Assembly (NCBI GenBank): GCA_048938105.1
Contig: JBHLMN010000018.1
Coordinates: 72,960 to 136,959, forward strand
Source of the DNA: Promethearchaeota archaeon
GTDB lineage: Archaea > Asgardarchaeota > Heimdallarchaeia > Hodarchaeales > Hodarchaeaceae
DNA length: 64,000 nucleotides
Direction of reading: 5' to 3'
Of this stretch, positions 39,018 through 49,466 are shown piece by piece. The first letter of the stretch is position 1, and the number at the start of each line of letters is the position of its first letter. A program made the position numbers and the translations under genes. The notes under the pieces were generated by a model. That model worked only from the letters and a program-made list of their open reading frames with translations, searched no databases and was not told where the DNA came from.

Positions 39018-40481
39018 ATGCAATTATTAAATGGAAAACCAAAAACTACGGTAGAACTACTAGAATATCAAGTCCCTATCATCACACGAGGAACAATTAT
39101 TGATGATTATACACTCACTTTTGGAGGACGATATGGGTCAGCGAGGTTTGTGATCCCTGATCCACAAAAGTTTCTGTCAAAAATCGTGTTGAAAAATCCC
39201 TCCAGATTAAAAGATCTGTATGATTTGAGTATTGAAGAAATCCTAGAATTCATGGATGACCTGGGACAACGAATGGTTCTCAAGGAGAATAGATTTCTTC
39301 AAGAAGCCTTTCTGCTTAATTGTGAGGCTTCGGGCTTGACAAAAAGCGTGTTGCTTACCACTTATCAGGCATTACCCATGTTTTTGTCCAAGGGGTTTCT
39401 TCGTGAGATGTTAGAGAAGCGAATAGGGATCAACTACTTAGAAAACTGGGTTCCGACTAAGTTGAATGATGGTCGAACAGTCTCGATCAGAGCATTTGGA
39501 GCTCGAACTGCACACATTATAGCAGGAAACGTGCCCCTAGTTGCTGCTGGCACCTTGGCACGAAGTTGCTGTACACGATGTGATACGATCATCAAATTGC
39601 CATCAAACGATCCACTGACAGCAATCGCATTGGCTCAAACCATGATTGAGATGGAACCTAACCATCCCATCACAAAACACGTAACTGTACTGTATTACAA
39701 AGGAGGGGATACAGAGTTTGAAACTGCGTTCTATCAACCCGAAAATATTGATAAGATCATTGCATGGGGTGGATTCGCCTCGGTGAAACATATCACTAAG
39801 TACCTCCAACCAGGAATTGACCTAATCACCTTGGATCCGAAACTAAGCATGTCAATTATTGGAGCGGAAGCTTTTCGCAACGAGGAAACGCTAAGGACTG
39901 CTGCACAGCGTGCTGCGTTAGATATTGGGGCGTATAATCAAGAGGCGTGTGTGAACAGTCGTGTAATCTATGTGCAATCAGGAACTAATAATGAGGGAAT
40001 TGCTAACCTGAACCAATTCGGGGCATACTTATACTATTCATTAGTGAATCTCCCACAATATTTGTCAACACCTGCGAAAACCTTTAACTTAAACCTGAAA
40101 GCTGAAATAGATGGACTTAGGATAGATGAGGACTTCTACAGAGTAATAGGTGGAGAACATAACGAAGGAGCAGTGATTGTGAGTCAGATTGATGAACCAG
40201 TGGACTTTTCTCAGAAACTGTGTGGGCGTGTGGTGAATCTTGTCCCCATTGACGATTTGACAACTGCTGTGAAATCAGTGAACGCCTATACACAAACTGT
40301 AGGCATTTACCCCGAATATTTAAAACAACAAATCCGTGATGACTTAATCCGTCACGGAGTTCAACGTATAGTGTCGTTGGGGTATGCTGCAGCAGCAAGT
40401 TTTGCTACTCCACAGGATTCGATCGAACCATTAAGGCGTATGTGCAAGTGGGTAATGGATGAGCAATCTGTGCCATGTTAA
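39018..40481 (+). CDS. luxC: LuxC-like acyl-CoA/acyl-protein reductase
   Basis: HIIAGNVP, IKLPSNDP, IAWGG, DPKLS, NQEACVNSR catalytic Cys, TQTVGIYP, GVQRIVSLG. Confidence 0.9.
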   Translation: MQLLNGKPKTTVELLEYQVPIITRGTIIDDYTLTFGGRYGSARFVIPDPQKFLSKIVLKNPSRLKDLYDLSIEEILEFMDDLGQRMVLKENRFLQEAFLLNCEASGLTKSVLLTTYQALPMFLSKGFLREMLEKRIGINYLENWVPTKLNDGRTVSIRAFGARTAHIIAGNVPLVAAGTLARSCCTRCDTIIKLPSNDPLTAIALAQTMIEMEPNHPITKHVTVLYYKGGDTEFETAFYQPENIDKIIAWGGFASVKHITKYLQPGIDLITLDPKLSMSIIGAEAFRNEETLRTAAQRAALDIGAYNQEACVNSRVIYVQSGTNNEGIANLNQFGAYLYYSLVNLPQYLSTPAKTFNLNLKAEIDGLRIDEDFYRVIGGEHNEGAVIVSQIDEPVDFSQKLCGRVVNLVPIDDLTTAVKSVNAYTQTVGIYPEYLKQQIRDDLIRHGVQRIVSLGYAAAASFATPQDSIEPLRRMCKWVMDEQSVPC

Positions 40482-40510
40482 ACCCTCTCTGAGTTTAAGG
40501 AGGACAACGC

Positions 40511-40795
40511 ATGGCCAAAACAACCCCACAACGTGAATGTCAAAACCAAGTAGTCGATAAAAAAAATGCTTCGTTATTTTTCTGTCTTGTAATTAAAGAA
40601 TTTCTCTTTGACTGTCCCATTAGATGTCCGTACTTTATACAAGGTACCCCAATCTCGATGGAACACATCTATAAAAACAGCTATGAATTTGAATGTCCCC
40701 ATTTACACCTAGTAGCTAAAATTACTTCGCAGGATGAACAGTGGTTTGTGTGTGGGAAAACAGGAAAGGAGCCAAATTCGAAAAATTGTTTATAG
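40511..40795 (+). CDS. Small Cys-rich protein, paralog of 27889..28188
   Basis: GGAGG SD; FCL..K....CPxxC..FIQG...Y..ECxH...VC...EP. Confidence 0.7.
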   Translation: MAKTTPQRECQNQVVDKKNASLFFCLVIKEFLFDCPIRCPYFIQGTPISMEHIYKNSYEFECPHLHLVAKITSQDEQWFVCGKTGKEPNSKNCL

Positions 40796-40945
40796 TTGTT
40801 AAAATATTTTGCTTCGAAAAAAAGTCATTGGTGTAATTTTTGGAACTAGAACATAAAAAAGAAGCTGATATTAGATGAGTCTCTGCAAAAGCAATTAATC
40901 ACAAGAATATCAGATTCTGAAAACAACTACAAGAGTTGTTTAGAG

Positions 40946-41536
40946 CTATCTACGCCTGTTATTGTATTTACGGCCAATAACAATTACTGTAACAACAATC
41001 ACCACTATCCACCCTTCAATACTAGGCTTATAATCAGGTACAGTTATAACTTGATCTGCTTCTTGTGCTCCATTTGTAATCAATCGAGTATATCCTATTA
41101 TGTGAATATTATCGCCACCAGCAGTCACCCCTGGATTAGAAAATGCAACTTGGGCCCTTCCACTTCGAGAAAAAGCAAATGTCTTATTATACGCTGATGA
41201 TTGGGGTGAAAGCCCTTCAAATGTCACTTCATATTCCTCATCATGAAAAAATAATCTTAAATCGATAGACGATCTATCAATCATAAAATACACTTGTATT
41301 GCATCTGATCTTGTCAAATCATAACTTTTGGCATAGCTATCCTGATCTTCAAGTGTTCTATTAATTTCATCCGCTCCTTCAGGATATTCATCAATAGACG
41401 ATCGTATATTTGTGGTTTTGAAATATGTGCCTTTAACTATTGGATAGACTGTATTAGTGCTGCTGTAGATTGAATTAATAGGTAGAGCTACGAACGGAAT
41501 TATTATACAGAAAAGAAAGATTCTTACATTTCGCAT
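40946..41536 (-). CDS. Small secreted protein with C-terminal EGW-TM-basic anchor
   Basis: Signal peptide; 'SIEGWIVVIVVTVIVIGRKYNNRRR'. Confidence 0.7.
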   Translation of the reverse strand: MRNVRIFLFCIIIPFVALPINSIYSSTNTVYPIVKGTYFKTTNIRSSIDEYPEGADEINRTLEDQDSYAKSYDLTRSDAIQVYFMIDRSSIDLRLFFHDEEYEVTFEGLSPQSSAYNKTFAFSRSGRAQVAFSNPGVTAGGDNIHIIGYTRLITNGAQEADQVITVPDYKPSIEGWIVVIVVTVIVIGRKYNNRRR

Positions 41537-41879
41537 AGTTGTATGAGGTCATTTACCAACTATAAATATTATTTGTACAAAAATTAATATGTCCTTTAAG
41601 AAGAGTTACTAGGAATAAAAATCATTATTATAAAGTCTTTATTTCAGCGTTAGTTGCTGACAACATGAAAAATTAATTCATTTGGATAATAATAAATTTT
41701 CCTAAAGATTTGGAGCTGATACTAAATAACTAGTGTCAAAAAGCTGCAATTTTTGAGAAAAAGGAAAATGACCATAATTATGAGGTTTTTTTTTTAGAAT
41801 AGTGAGATAAAATGCTAATAAAAATCATTAATTATATTTATCGATTTGAGGATAATTAGCATTAATGGAGTCACTTTAG

Positions 41880-42464
41880 GTGAATAATAATAGCTTAAAA
41901 ATTCCGTCTCAATTTGAAACTGAAAGGTTGATTTTACGTCCTTATAAAGAACAAGATAGCTCTGATTTTTTACGTATGTTAAATAATGGAAATAGAGAAT
42001 ATTTGAAAGAATTATTAGGAGATATTTCTCAAATTACTGATGAAACAAAAATCAAACATTGGTTACGGGAGTTATCTGATTCTTGGTTTGCACATAAACT
42101 ATTCGTTTTGAGTTTTTGGGAAAAGAAATCAGTTCTTTACTTAGGTCATATCTGGATTCAACCGATTAATTGGGATCTACCTTATTTTGAAATAGGGTGG
42201 TTTGTGGAAAAAAACCATCAAGGCTTAGGCTTTGTAACTGAAGCTGCTATAGAATCGATTAAGTTCATCTTTAAGCATCTGAATGCTCATAACATTAGAG
42301 TACGAGTGAGAGAACATCCCCCTTACCATTTAAAGAGTAAAAGAATAGCTGAGAGATGTGGATTCAAAAAAGAAGGTTTTCTTCGCGATACCGTCAAACT
42401 TGAAGAGGGAACGATATTTGGAGAAACCTATTTCGGACTATTAAGAGAAGAATTTGAGTTCTAA
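41880..42464 (+). CDS. RimJ/RimL-family GNAT N-acetyltransferase
   Basis: ETERLILRP, EIGW...QGLGFVTEA, S.RIAERCGF..EG.LR. Confidence 0.9.
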   Translation: MNNNSLKIPSQFETERLILRPYKEQDSSDFLRMLNNGNREYLKELLGDISQITDETKIKHWLRELSDSWFAHKLFVLSFWEKKSVLYLGHIWIQPINWDLPYFEIGWFVEKNHQGLGFVTEAAIESIKFIFKHLNAHNIRVRVREHPPYHLKSKRIAERCGFKKEGFLRDTVKLEEGTIFGETYFGLLREEFEF

Positions 42465-42533
42465 TCCTTACTTTGATTCGCTATAAGGAAAAATAAATTA
42501 AAAATTGCCAACTATTACGATGAGGAAGAAAAA

Positions 42534-44204
42534 TTGAGGAACTTTAAACCATTAAACCTTTTTTCTGATTGGGTTACAAACAAACTCAATTCATTATCAC
42601 TAGAAGAAAAAATTGGCCAACTACTTCACCCTAACATTAATCCTGCGTCATCTCCTTCTGAAATTAAGGAGCTTCTATTAGGTGTTGATGTTGGCGGTGT
42701 ATTTCTTTTTCCTGGTACTGCTGAAAATTACTCAAAAACAATCGATTTTCTTCAACAGCATTTTAACACCCCGGTCATCATTTCATCAGACTTGGAAAAC
42801 GGACCAGGTCGAACGATTCAGGGGGCAACAGTTTTTCCTGATCTTATGTCCTTATCCGCCACTGATGATGAAACACTTGCTTATAGCATGGGTCGATCTA
42901 GTGCTCTCGAAGGACGATCTTATGGAGTTCATTGGGCCTTTGGACCAGTTGTTGATGTTAATGTTAACCCAAATAATCCCATAACGAATACCCGTAGCCT
43001 TGGTGATAATCCAGATAAAATTAGTCGATTATCTTGTTCATTAATTCGAGGCATGCAAGAAAACGGCCTATGTGCTACCATTAAGCATTTTCCAGGTGAT
43101 GGTTTGGACGATCGGGATCCACATATCTGTACCGTTGTTAATCCATTATCACAGGATGATTGGTTTAAGATTAGTGGGAAAACATTTCAAGCCGCAATAG
43201 ATCTTGGAGTGTGGTCTGTAATGATCGGTCATATTTCACTTCCAGCATTTGAAACTAATAATGAACCAAATATCCCAGCACAAGTGAGTAAAGCGCTTAT
43301 CACTGATTTGTTACGTAATAAGATGGGGTTTGATGGGCTAATAATCACAGATGCAATTGAGATGGCTGGTTTAAGAAGTTTTAAACCAATCGATGAGATC
43401 CTGGTTGATACGATTAATGCTGGATGTGACATGATATTGTTTTCCGAGATGAAGAGAGATTTTACTATTCTAAAAAAGGCTGTTGAAGAAAAGAAAATCC
43501 CTATAGAACGCATTGATGATGCAGTAAGAAGAATTCTTTCTCTAAAGGAGACATTAGGATTACATAAAGATGTTGAACCTAAAAAAGTTGGGAAAGATGA
43601 ATTAAATTCCTTTAGACAAATGAGTCAATCAATAGCAGAAAAAGCAATAACAATGGTAAAAAATGATAAAAACCTAATCCCACTTAATCTTAAAAAAGGA
43701 TCAAAACTTCTATCCTTTCACATTAGAAATAGTCCAGAAAATAATGTTGATTTGCTCGACGAGCTACTTAAAAACGAAGGATATAAGATAACAAGAAAAA
43801 CAGAACTCGATGAAAAGACTTTTCCTCTTTTTGACAAATTAAATCAGTATGAATTGATATTGGTAAATATTGTATTTAAACCAACCTGGGGACTGGGGAG
43901 AATCCGAATAGGTGGGTCATTCATGCGTAAACTATGGTTTATGATGAATACTCATCGAGAAAGAATGATTATCACATCATTTGGTTCACCATATGTTCTA
44001 TATGATCTTCCTTGGGTTGATACTTACATCAATGCTTATTCACCCGATATAAACACCCAAAAATCAGTTGTTGATATTCTATTAGGAAGAAAAGAAGCTA
44101 TTGGAACAAGTCCAGTCGATATTTTCCGTGCAGAGAAAATGAAGAGCTATGAAGCAACCATTTATAGAGAGTTGACTAAAACTGGTTGCGAAAAGAGGGT
44201 CTAA
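42534..44204 (+). CDS. GH3 glycoside hydrolase, probable beta-N-acetylhexosaminidase
   Basis: LEEKIGQL, DLENG, GPVVDV, RSLG, KHFPGDG..DRDPH (DxH dyad), ITDAIEM nucleophile, FGSPY. Confidence 0.9.
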   Translation: MRNFKPLNLFSDWVTNKLNSLSLEEKIGQLLHPNINPASSPSEIKELLLGVDVGGVFLFPGTAENYSKTIDFLQQHFNTPVIISSDLENGPGRTIQGATVFPDLMSLSATDDETLAYSMGRSSALEGRSYGVHWAFGPVVDVNVNPNNPITNTRSLGDNPDKISRLSCSLIRGMQENGLCATIKHFPGDGLDDRDPHICTVVNPLSQDDWFKISGKTFQAAIDLGVWSVMIGHISLPAFETNNEPNIPAQVSKALITDLLRNKMGFDGLIITDAIEMAGLRSFKPIDEILVDTINAGCDMILFSEMKRDFTILKKAVEEKKIPIERIDDAVRRILSLKETLGLHKDVEPKKVGKDELNSFRQMSQSIAEKAITMVKNDKNLIPLNLKKGSKLLSFHIRNSPENNVDLLDELLKNEGYKITRKTELDEKTFPLFDKLNQYELILVNIVFKPTWGLGRIRIGGSFMRKLWFMMNTHRERMIITSFGSPYVLYDLPWVDTYINAYSPDINTQKSVVDILLGRKEAIGTSPVDIFRAEKMKSYEATIYRELTKTGCEKRV

Positions 44205-44661
44205 AATTATAAAAAAAATGTATTAAGGGTATATCAGTATCTTAATGTTCAAAAATCCGAATATTAGGGTCTGATGTCTGTTTCTTCCCATGATTCATAT
44301 TTTCAAGCCAATATCAAGAATCATTATCGCGGGGTGAAGAAGAGATGAACAATATTTCATGTTTAGACTGTTCTAGGTCAATAGCTCTATTTTAACTATT
44401 ACTGCTGGATTACGCAAACAAGACAATCATTTCATGTCTCATTCATACTACCTGATTGACAACCAATGATAAAGACAAAATTGAGAATCAAACAATTCCT
44501 CTTATTCTGTATACTTACGCTCTAATGGCCATTATTTTCAAGAGGTAAAGTTTTAGAATTGAAATACGTTATCAGATGATATTTATTATTTTCTAATGTA
44601 GTGACCCAAAAATCAAACCACTTCCATAAATCAAGATTCACATCCAAGGTGTTGAAGGAAA

Positions 44662-47600
44662 ATGTCATCCCAGGTTATTCCGTCAATAGATAAGAAAATA
44701 GTTTTGAATGTGACAATGTTAATCCTTTTATTTCAGCTTTTATGGATTTCAAGAATCATTATCATTAAAACTAATAGTTTTCAAGCAGATAATGGATACC
44801 ATATGGAACCACTCATCGAAAACACCGAGTTATATGAGGTCATTGATGAAACGTTGGGAGGGTTTTCAGCTGGATTCTTAGAATATCATGGTGAACCTAA
44901 CTCTGAAATAACTTACTATATCCAAAGTTCTGGAATGTTTGTTGCTTTTGGGAGAAAACAAGTAAAAATAGAAGTAAAGTCGCCAAAACAGAAGTATTTC
45001 CAAGAAGATAACAGATCTTTGTTACCAAAGCAGATGAATAAGGAGTCTATTATCACATCTGCTAGCATAGAGTTTGTTGATTGCAATCCTGTTAATCCTG
45101 TGGCTGAAATTCTAACTAGTGCATCTGTTAATTTCCTCATCGGAGACGATCCATCACAATGGCGAAGTTATTCTTACTATAAACAAATTGCTTTCTATAA
45201 TCTATACAATCACATTGATTTGAAATACATAATCCACGAAGGCCAATTAAAGTATGAGTTCTTTGTGTATCCTGGAGGCAACGTTGAGGATATAAAACTG
45301 CGATGGATTGGGCCAGTTTCATTGTCTTTACGTCCAAACGGGATGAACATTAGATTAAAAACTTCTACAAATAATATAAACATTATTGATACTGTACCAG
45401 TCAGTTATCAATCTTTATCCCGAAAAAGACCAATCCATGGGGATTTTCAAAAACTGGATCGAACTACTTATGGTTTCAAAATATCTACTTATGATAAAGC
45501 CAAGTTACTGATCATTGACCCGACATTGCTTGCTTTTTCGACTTATATTAGTGGAGATAATTCTGACGCCGCTTATTCGATTGCACGTGATTCTGAGGGA
45601 AATATTTATATTACAGGATCTACATCTTCTACTGATTTTCCAACAAAGAATTATATTGAACAAGATGATGGCCAGACAGATGTTTTCGTCACCAAATTGA
45701 ATTCAACTGGCAATGGACTTATCTATTCAACATATGTTGGTGGTTCCAGTAATGAAATTGGTAATTCAATTGCTATTGATTCAAATCATAATGCGTATGT
45801 CACTGGATACACTCTTTCAGATGATTTTCCTAAAGTCAATTCTTACGATGATACAAGGAATGGATTAGATATCTTTGTGTTTAAATTAAGTTCTAATGGA
45901 AACAGCTTGGATTATTGTACGTATATTGGGGGAAACGAAAATTTCTTTGAACAAGGATATGCTATTGCGGTAGATGCAGGTGGATATGCCTATGTAACTG
46001 GGGAGACAGACGCAACTGATGCTAGTTTTCCTATGTTGAATGCATTTCAAGAAAGAACAAATTCAAGCGATGTAAGGACAGATGCTTTCATACTGAAACT
46101 CAATCCAACTGGTACTAATTTAATCTATTCAAGCTATCTAGGGGGGAGTGAAGACGATAGAGGTAACGCCATTGCTATCGATTCAGATGGAAATGCTTAT
46201 ATTACAGGTGAAACAAAATCAAATGATTTTCTGACAACTTCGGGGACTTATGATGATGGAAATGGAGATGGTTGGGATACTTACTACGATGTTTTTGTAT
46301 CTAAAGTTGGCTTTGATGGTTTTTCTTCTGAATTATTGAAATCAACATATGTGAGTGGGACAGATACCTTTGGGGACAATGAAATAGGTCAGGGAATTGC
46401 AATCGATGAAGATGGGTATGTTTTTGTTACTGGGTATACAGACGGAAACGATTGGCCAGTTAAGAATGCATATGATCCTGATGGTCATATTAGTTATGAG
46501 GATGCGTTTGTTTTTAAAATGAATCCGAGTTTCGATGATTTTGCATATTCAACATATATAGCAGGAAACCATCGAGATTATGGGGAAGCAATAGCTTTAG
46601 ATGACATAGGAAATGCTTATATTACTGGAAAAACATATTCGACTACTTTTCCAGTTGTAGATGCATTTAATAACACAGGTGATCAGAGTACTTCTTATTA
46701 TGATATTTTTGTATGCAAATTAAACGCTTTTGGAAATGACTTAGGATATTCAACGTATATTAGTGGGAGTAGATCTGATGAAGCTTATGGAATCGTTGTT
46801 GATCAATATTATACTGCTTACATCTGTGGTTCTACTACATCAAGTGATTTTCCTATGGTTAACGCGTATGCAGGCGATGGTGTATCTACCGATGTAATCA
46901 TTACTGCCATTGATACAAATCCACCCAACATAAATTCTCCTGAAGATATAACTTATGATGAAGGAGACACAGGAAACACCATTAAATGGTTTGCAAACGA
47001 TTCTATTCCAGAACGTTATTCTATTGAAAAGAATTCAGGTGAAATTCAAAGTGAGGATTGGACAAGTGATACCCAGATCTCTATCAACGTTGACGGCTTG
47101 TCTCATGGAGTATATAACTATACAATAATTATATGGGACCAAGCAGGCCACTTTTCAAGTGATACAGTTATAGTTACCGTGAAAGAACATCCCTATGTTA
47201 CTTGGCCAAATGAGATTCAAAATCTGAAAGGTGGGTTAACAAATAAGACAGAGTGGAATTGGCAACCGTCTATAACAAATGCTCTTTCAATGGAATTATG
47301 GTTTAATGATCAATCTCAAGGGAAGAAAACCTCGCCATCATATAGTTGGTCAGTTTCCTTAGATGAGGGAGAAAATAATATTACAATCCTCGCATATTTT
47401 GATGTCACTGAGCAAATATCTCTAAAAGAAGTGTTTATCGTCAGATGTGATACAACACCCCCCTCAATCACTCTGAAAAGTCCTGATGAGAATGGTGTTT
47501 ATCAACATGATACTACCATTACCATAGAATTCTCTAGCGACACAGATCAGTGGTATTACTACTGGGATGATGGCACTTATACTTTGACAACAGATTTAAC

Positions 47601-48222
47601 ATTTGATTTGCCAACTCCTGATGGATCACATCAACTAAATATCAAAGCAATAGATTATGCAAGCAATAACCAAAATAATAGTTTTTCCTTTATTACAGAC
47701 GATACTCCACCCACTGCTGAAATACACGGAATTACTGATTATAGTACGGTTTCAGGAATTAAATCAATTCGGGTTGTACCTTATGACGATAATGATATAG
47801 ACTATGTTGCGTTCTATATTGACAACCAACTATTAAAGAAAGAAACAACTTCTACTGTGAGTGGTTACGTGTGGAATTGGAAAACCAAGGATGCAGTTAA
47901 TGGGGAACATCTTGTAAGCATTGAAGTTGTCGATGAGGCGGGAAATGAATTTTCTAAAACATTCACCATCACAGTGGATAATCCAGTTGAAAATGGGGAA
48001 CTTACTGATGAAATCGATCCAGGATTAGTGCTTGGAGTTGCTACTGCAATTGTAATTCCTATTGCGGGTTTTGTCTATTACAAATCATTTAATTTTCGTC
48101 ACAGGGGCGTCATCAAGGCTTATATGAAGAAAAATATGACAATAAAAGAAATTGCTAAGATGAAAGGGAAAAATACACGCCAAATCCGAGAAATATTACG
48201 AAAAGCAAAGAAATTAAAATAA
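44662..48222 (+). CDS. SBBP-repeat beta-propeller surface protein with Ig-like stalk, single TM and cytoplasmic HTH-like tail
   Basis: 'NFLIGDDPSQW...LKYEF...LIIDP' domain; repeated 'YSTYxGG...D.G..IAxD..GNAYITG.T.S.DFP'; DTTPP Ig domains; TM; MTIKEIAKMKGKNTRQIREIL. Confidence 0.9.
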   Translation: MSSQVIPSIDKKIVLNVTMLILLFQLLWISRIIIIKTNSFQADNGYHMEPLIENTELYEVIDETLGGFSAGFLEYHGEPNSEITYYIQSSGMFVAFGRKQVKIEVKSPKQKYFQEDNRSLLPKQMNKESIITSASIEFVDCNPVNPVAEILTSASVNFLIGDDPSQWRSYSYYKQIAFYNLYNHIDLKYIIHEGQLKYEFFVYPGGNVEDIKLRWIGPVSLSLRPNGMNIRLKTSTNNINIIDTVPVSYQSLSRKRPIHGDFQKLDRTTYGFKISTYDKAKLLIIDPTLLAFSTYISGDNSDAAYSIARDSEGNIYITGSTSSTDFPTKNYIEQDDGQTDVFVTKLNSTGNGLIYSTYVGGSSNEIGNSIAIDSNHNAYVTGYTLSDDFPKVNSYDDTRNGLDIFVFKLSSNGNSLDYCTYIGGNENFFEQGYAIAVDAGGYAYVTGETDATDASFPMLNAFQERTNSSDVRTDAFILKLNPTGTNLIYSSYLGGSEDDRGNAIAIDSDGNAYITGETKSNDFLTTSGTYDDGNGDGWDTYYDVFVSKVGFDGFSSELLKSTYVSGTDTFGDNEIGQGIAIDEDGYVFVTGYTDGNDWPVKNAYDPDGHISYEDAFVFKMNPSFDDFAYSTYIAGNHRDYGEAIALDDIGNAYITGKTYSTTFPVVDAFNNTGDQSTSYYDIFVCKLNAFGNDLGYSTYISGSRSDEAYGIVVDQYYTAYICGSTTSSDFPMVNAYAGDGVSTDVIITAIDTNPPNINSPEDITYDEGDTGNTIKWFANDSIPERYSIEKNSGEIQSEDWTSDTQISINVDGLSHGVYNYTIIIWDQAGHFSSDTVIVTVKEHPYVTWPNEIQNLKGGLTNKTEWNWQPSITNALSMELWFNDQSQGKKTSPSYSWSVSLDEGENNITILAYFDVTEQISLKEVFIVRCDTTPPSITLKSPDENGVYQHDTTITIEFSSDTDQWYYYWDDGTYTLTTDLTFDLPTPDGSHQLNIKAIDYASNNQNNSFSFITDDTPPTAEIHGITDYSTVSGIKSIRVVPYDDNDIDYVAFYIDNQLLKKETTSTVSGYVWNWKTKDAVNGEHLVSIEVVDEAGNEFSKTFTITVDNPVENGELTDEIDPGLVLGVATAIVIPIAGFVYYKSFNFRHRGVIKAYMKKNMTIKEIAKMKGKNTRQIREILRKAKKLK

Positions 48223-48303
48223 GATCAAAAAGATTCAGCAAAATGGATGGTGGTTTTATTTCTATCCCTTAGGGATTCCTCTTCATACAATCAACTACTT
48301 TAC

Positions 48304-49296
48304 TTAACTTATCTCGTGTTTAAATTCATCATATGCCCAACCTAAGCCAACTGCTTTATATGCTTCCACTAAGCGAAATATAACACTAAAAAATAAAGAG
48401 ATAACAAGAGGTGTGAAAGTCTGAAGACTAGGACTAAACATTCTAAAGAAGCCTCCAATTATAAGATAAAGCACCGCAATGAAGAGGAGGATTAATCCCG
48501 TAGTTGTAGCTAAGTATTTCCGTGCGAATTTCTGGGATCGGTTGAGTCCAAATCCAGGGATATTGTCAAAGACAATCGACATTCTTACATAAGTAAAAAG
48601 GACAAAAAAAAATAACCCGATGATGAACACACCAAAAATTACAGGAATAAGAAAAGCATAGAGCATTATTGCAGCAGGATTAATAGGCATCTCTGTACTT
48701 TCATATTGAGGAAAGATGGATGCTATAATTTCCCATCCTATTAAAGCACTGCTAAAATATATACTCATACCAACAATTAAGATGATTCCGATAGCAATTG
48801 TTTCGGCTACAACTGCCCTAGGTAGGAATCGGAGAGAATCGTTAAGACTACTGACAAGATAGGTTTCTACCCCATTTCTCCTGATTTGTTTGAGGCAAGA
48901 GTAATACCAACAATGAATGAAAGTGCCAAAAATAATTGTAAATACAATATTTAACCAAAGAATGGGGATTCCTAGGAGAATCGTAGAAGAATTATCAACC
49001 GGTGCAGGAATCGAATTCCACAAAAGAAAAGCGAAAAGATCGAAAACTGATGTTGGAACCAACCCAAATAATATTAAGACCCAATCTATACAAATAGCTA
49101 CTAAACAAATTAAAAACAAGTGAGGATAGGTCTTGAAATAGAAAAATCCTGTACGAAGTGTGTTTATACTATTTAAGGTAATTCTCTCCTTTTCGGGAGT
49201 TAATGGTTGTTGATCTGTAACCTTATTCAAATAGTAAACCCACCTTTGAGGGATTTTAATGTTCATCGGAATTATATGTGTTTTTTGGATGAACAA
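48304..49296 (-). CDS. Multi-pass membrane protein of unknown function
   Basis: About 6 TMs; GGAGG SD before TTG. Confidence 0.7.
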   Translation of the reverse strand: MFIQKTHIIPMNIKIPQRWVYYLNKVTDQQPLTPEKERITLNSINTLRTGFFYFKTYPHLFLICLVAICIDWVLILFGLVPTSVFDLFAFLLWNSIPAPVDNSSTILLGIPILWLNIVFTIIFGTFIHCWYYSCLKQIRRNGVETYLVSSLNDSLRFLPRAVVAETIAIGIILIVGMSIYFSSALIGWEIIASIFPQYESTEMPINPAAIMLYAFLIPVIFGVFIIGLFFFVLFTYVRMSIVFDNIPGFGLNRSQKFARKYLATTTGLILLFIAVLYLIIGGFFRMFSPSLQTFTPLVISLFFSVIFRLVEAYKAVGLGWAYDEFKHEIS

Positions 49297-49466
49297 TTTC
49301 CTCCTTTCTTATCTTAGAAGATAATCTATTCGTACGAGTATAAGACCGATAATTACAAAGGTAAGATTGATTACACATATCATACAAATGAATATGGCTC
49401 TTGTCTGTGTGAATCGATTCATTCTTTTTCTCTTTTCAAAGATTTTATCCTTTATCTAAATACTGA

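Noticed and set aside
37519-40481. Bioluminescence operon
   Set aside because: No luxA, luxB, luxD or luxG in the window
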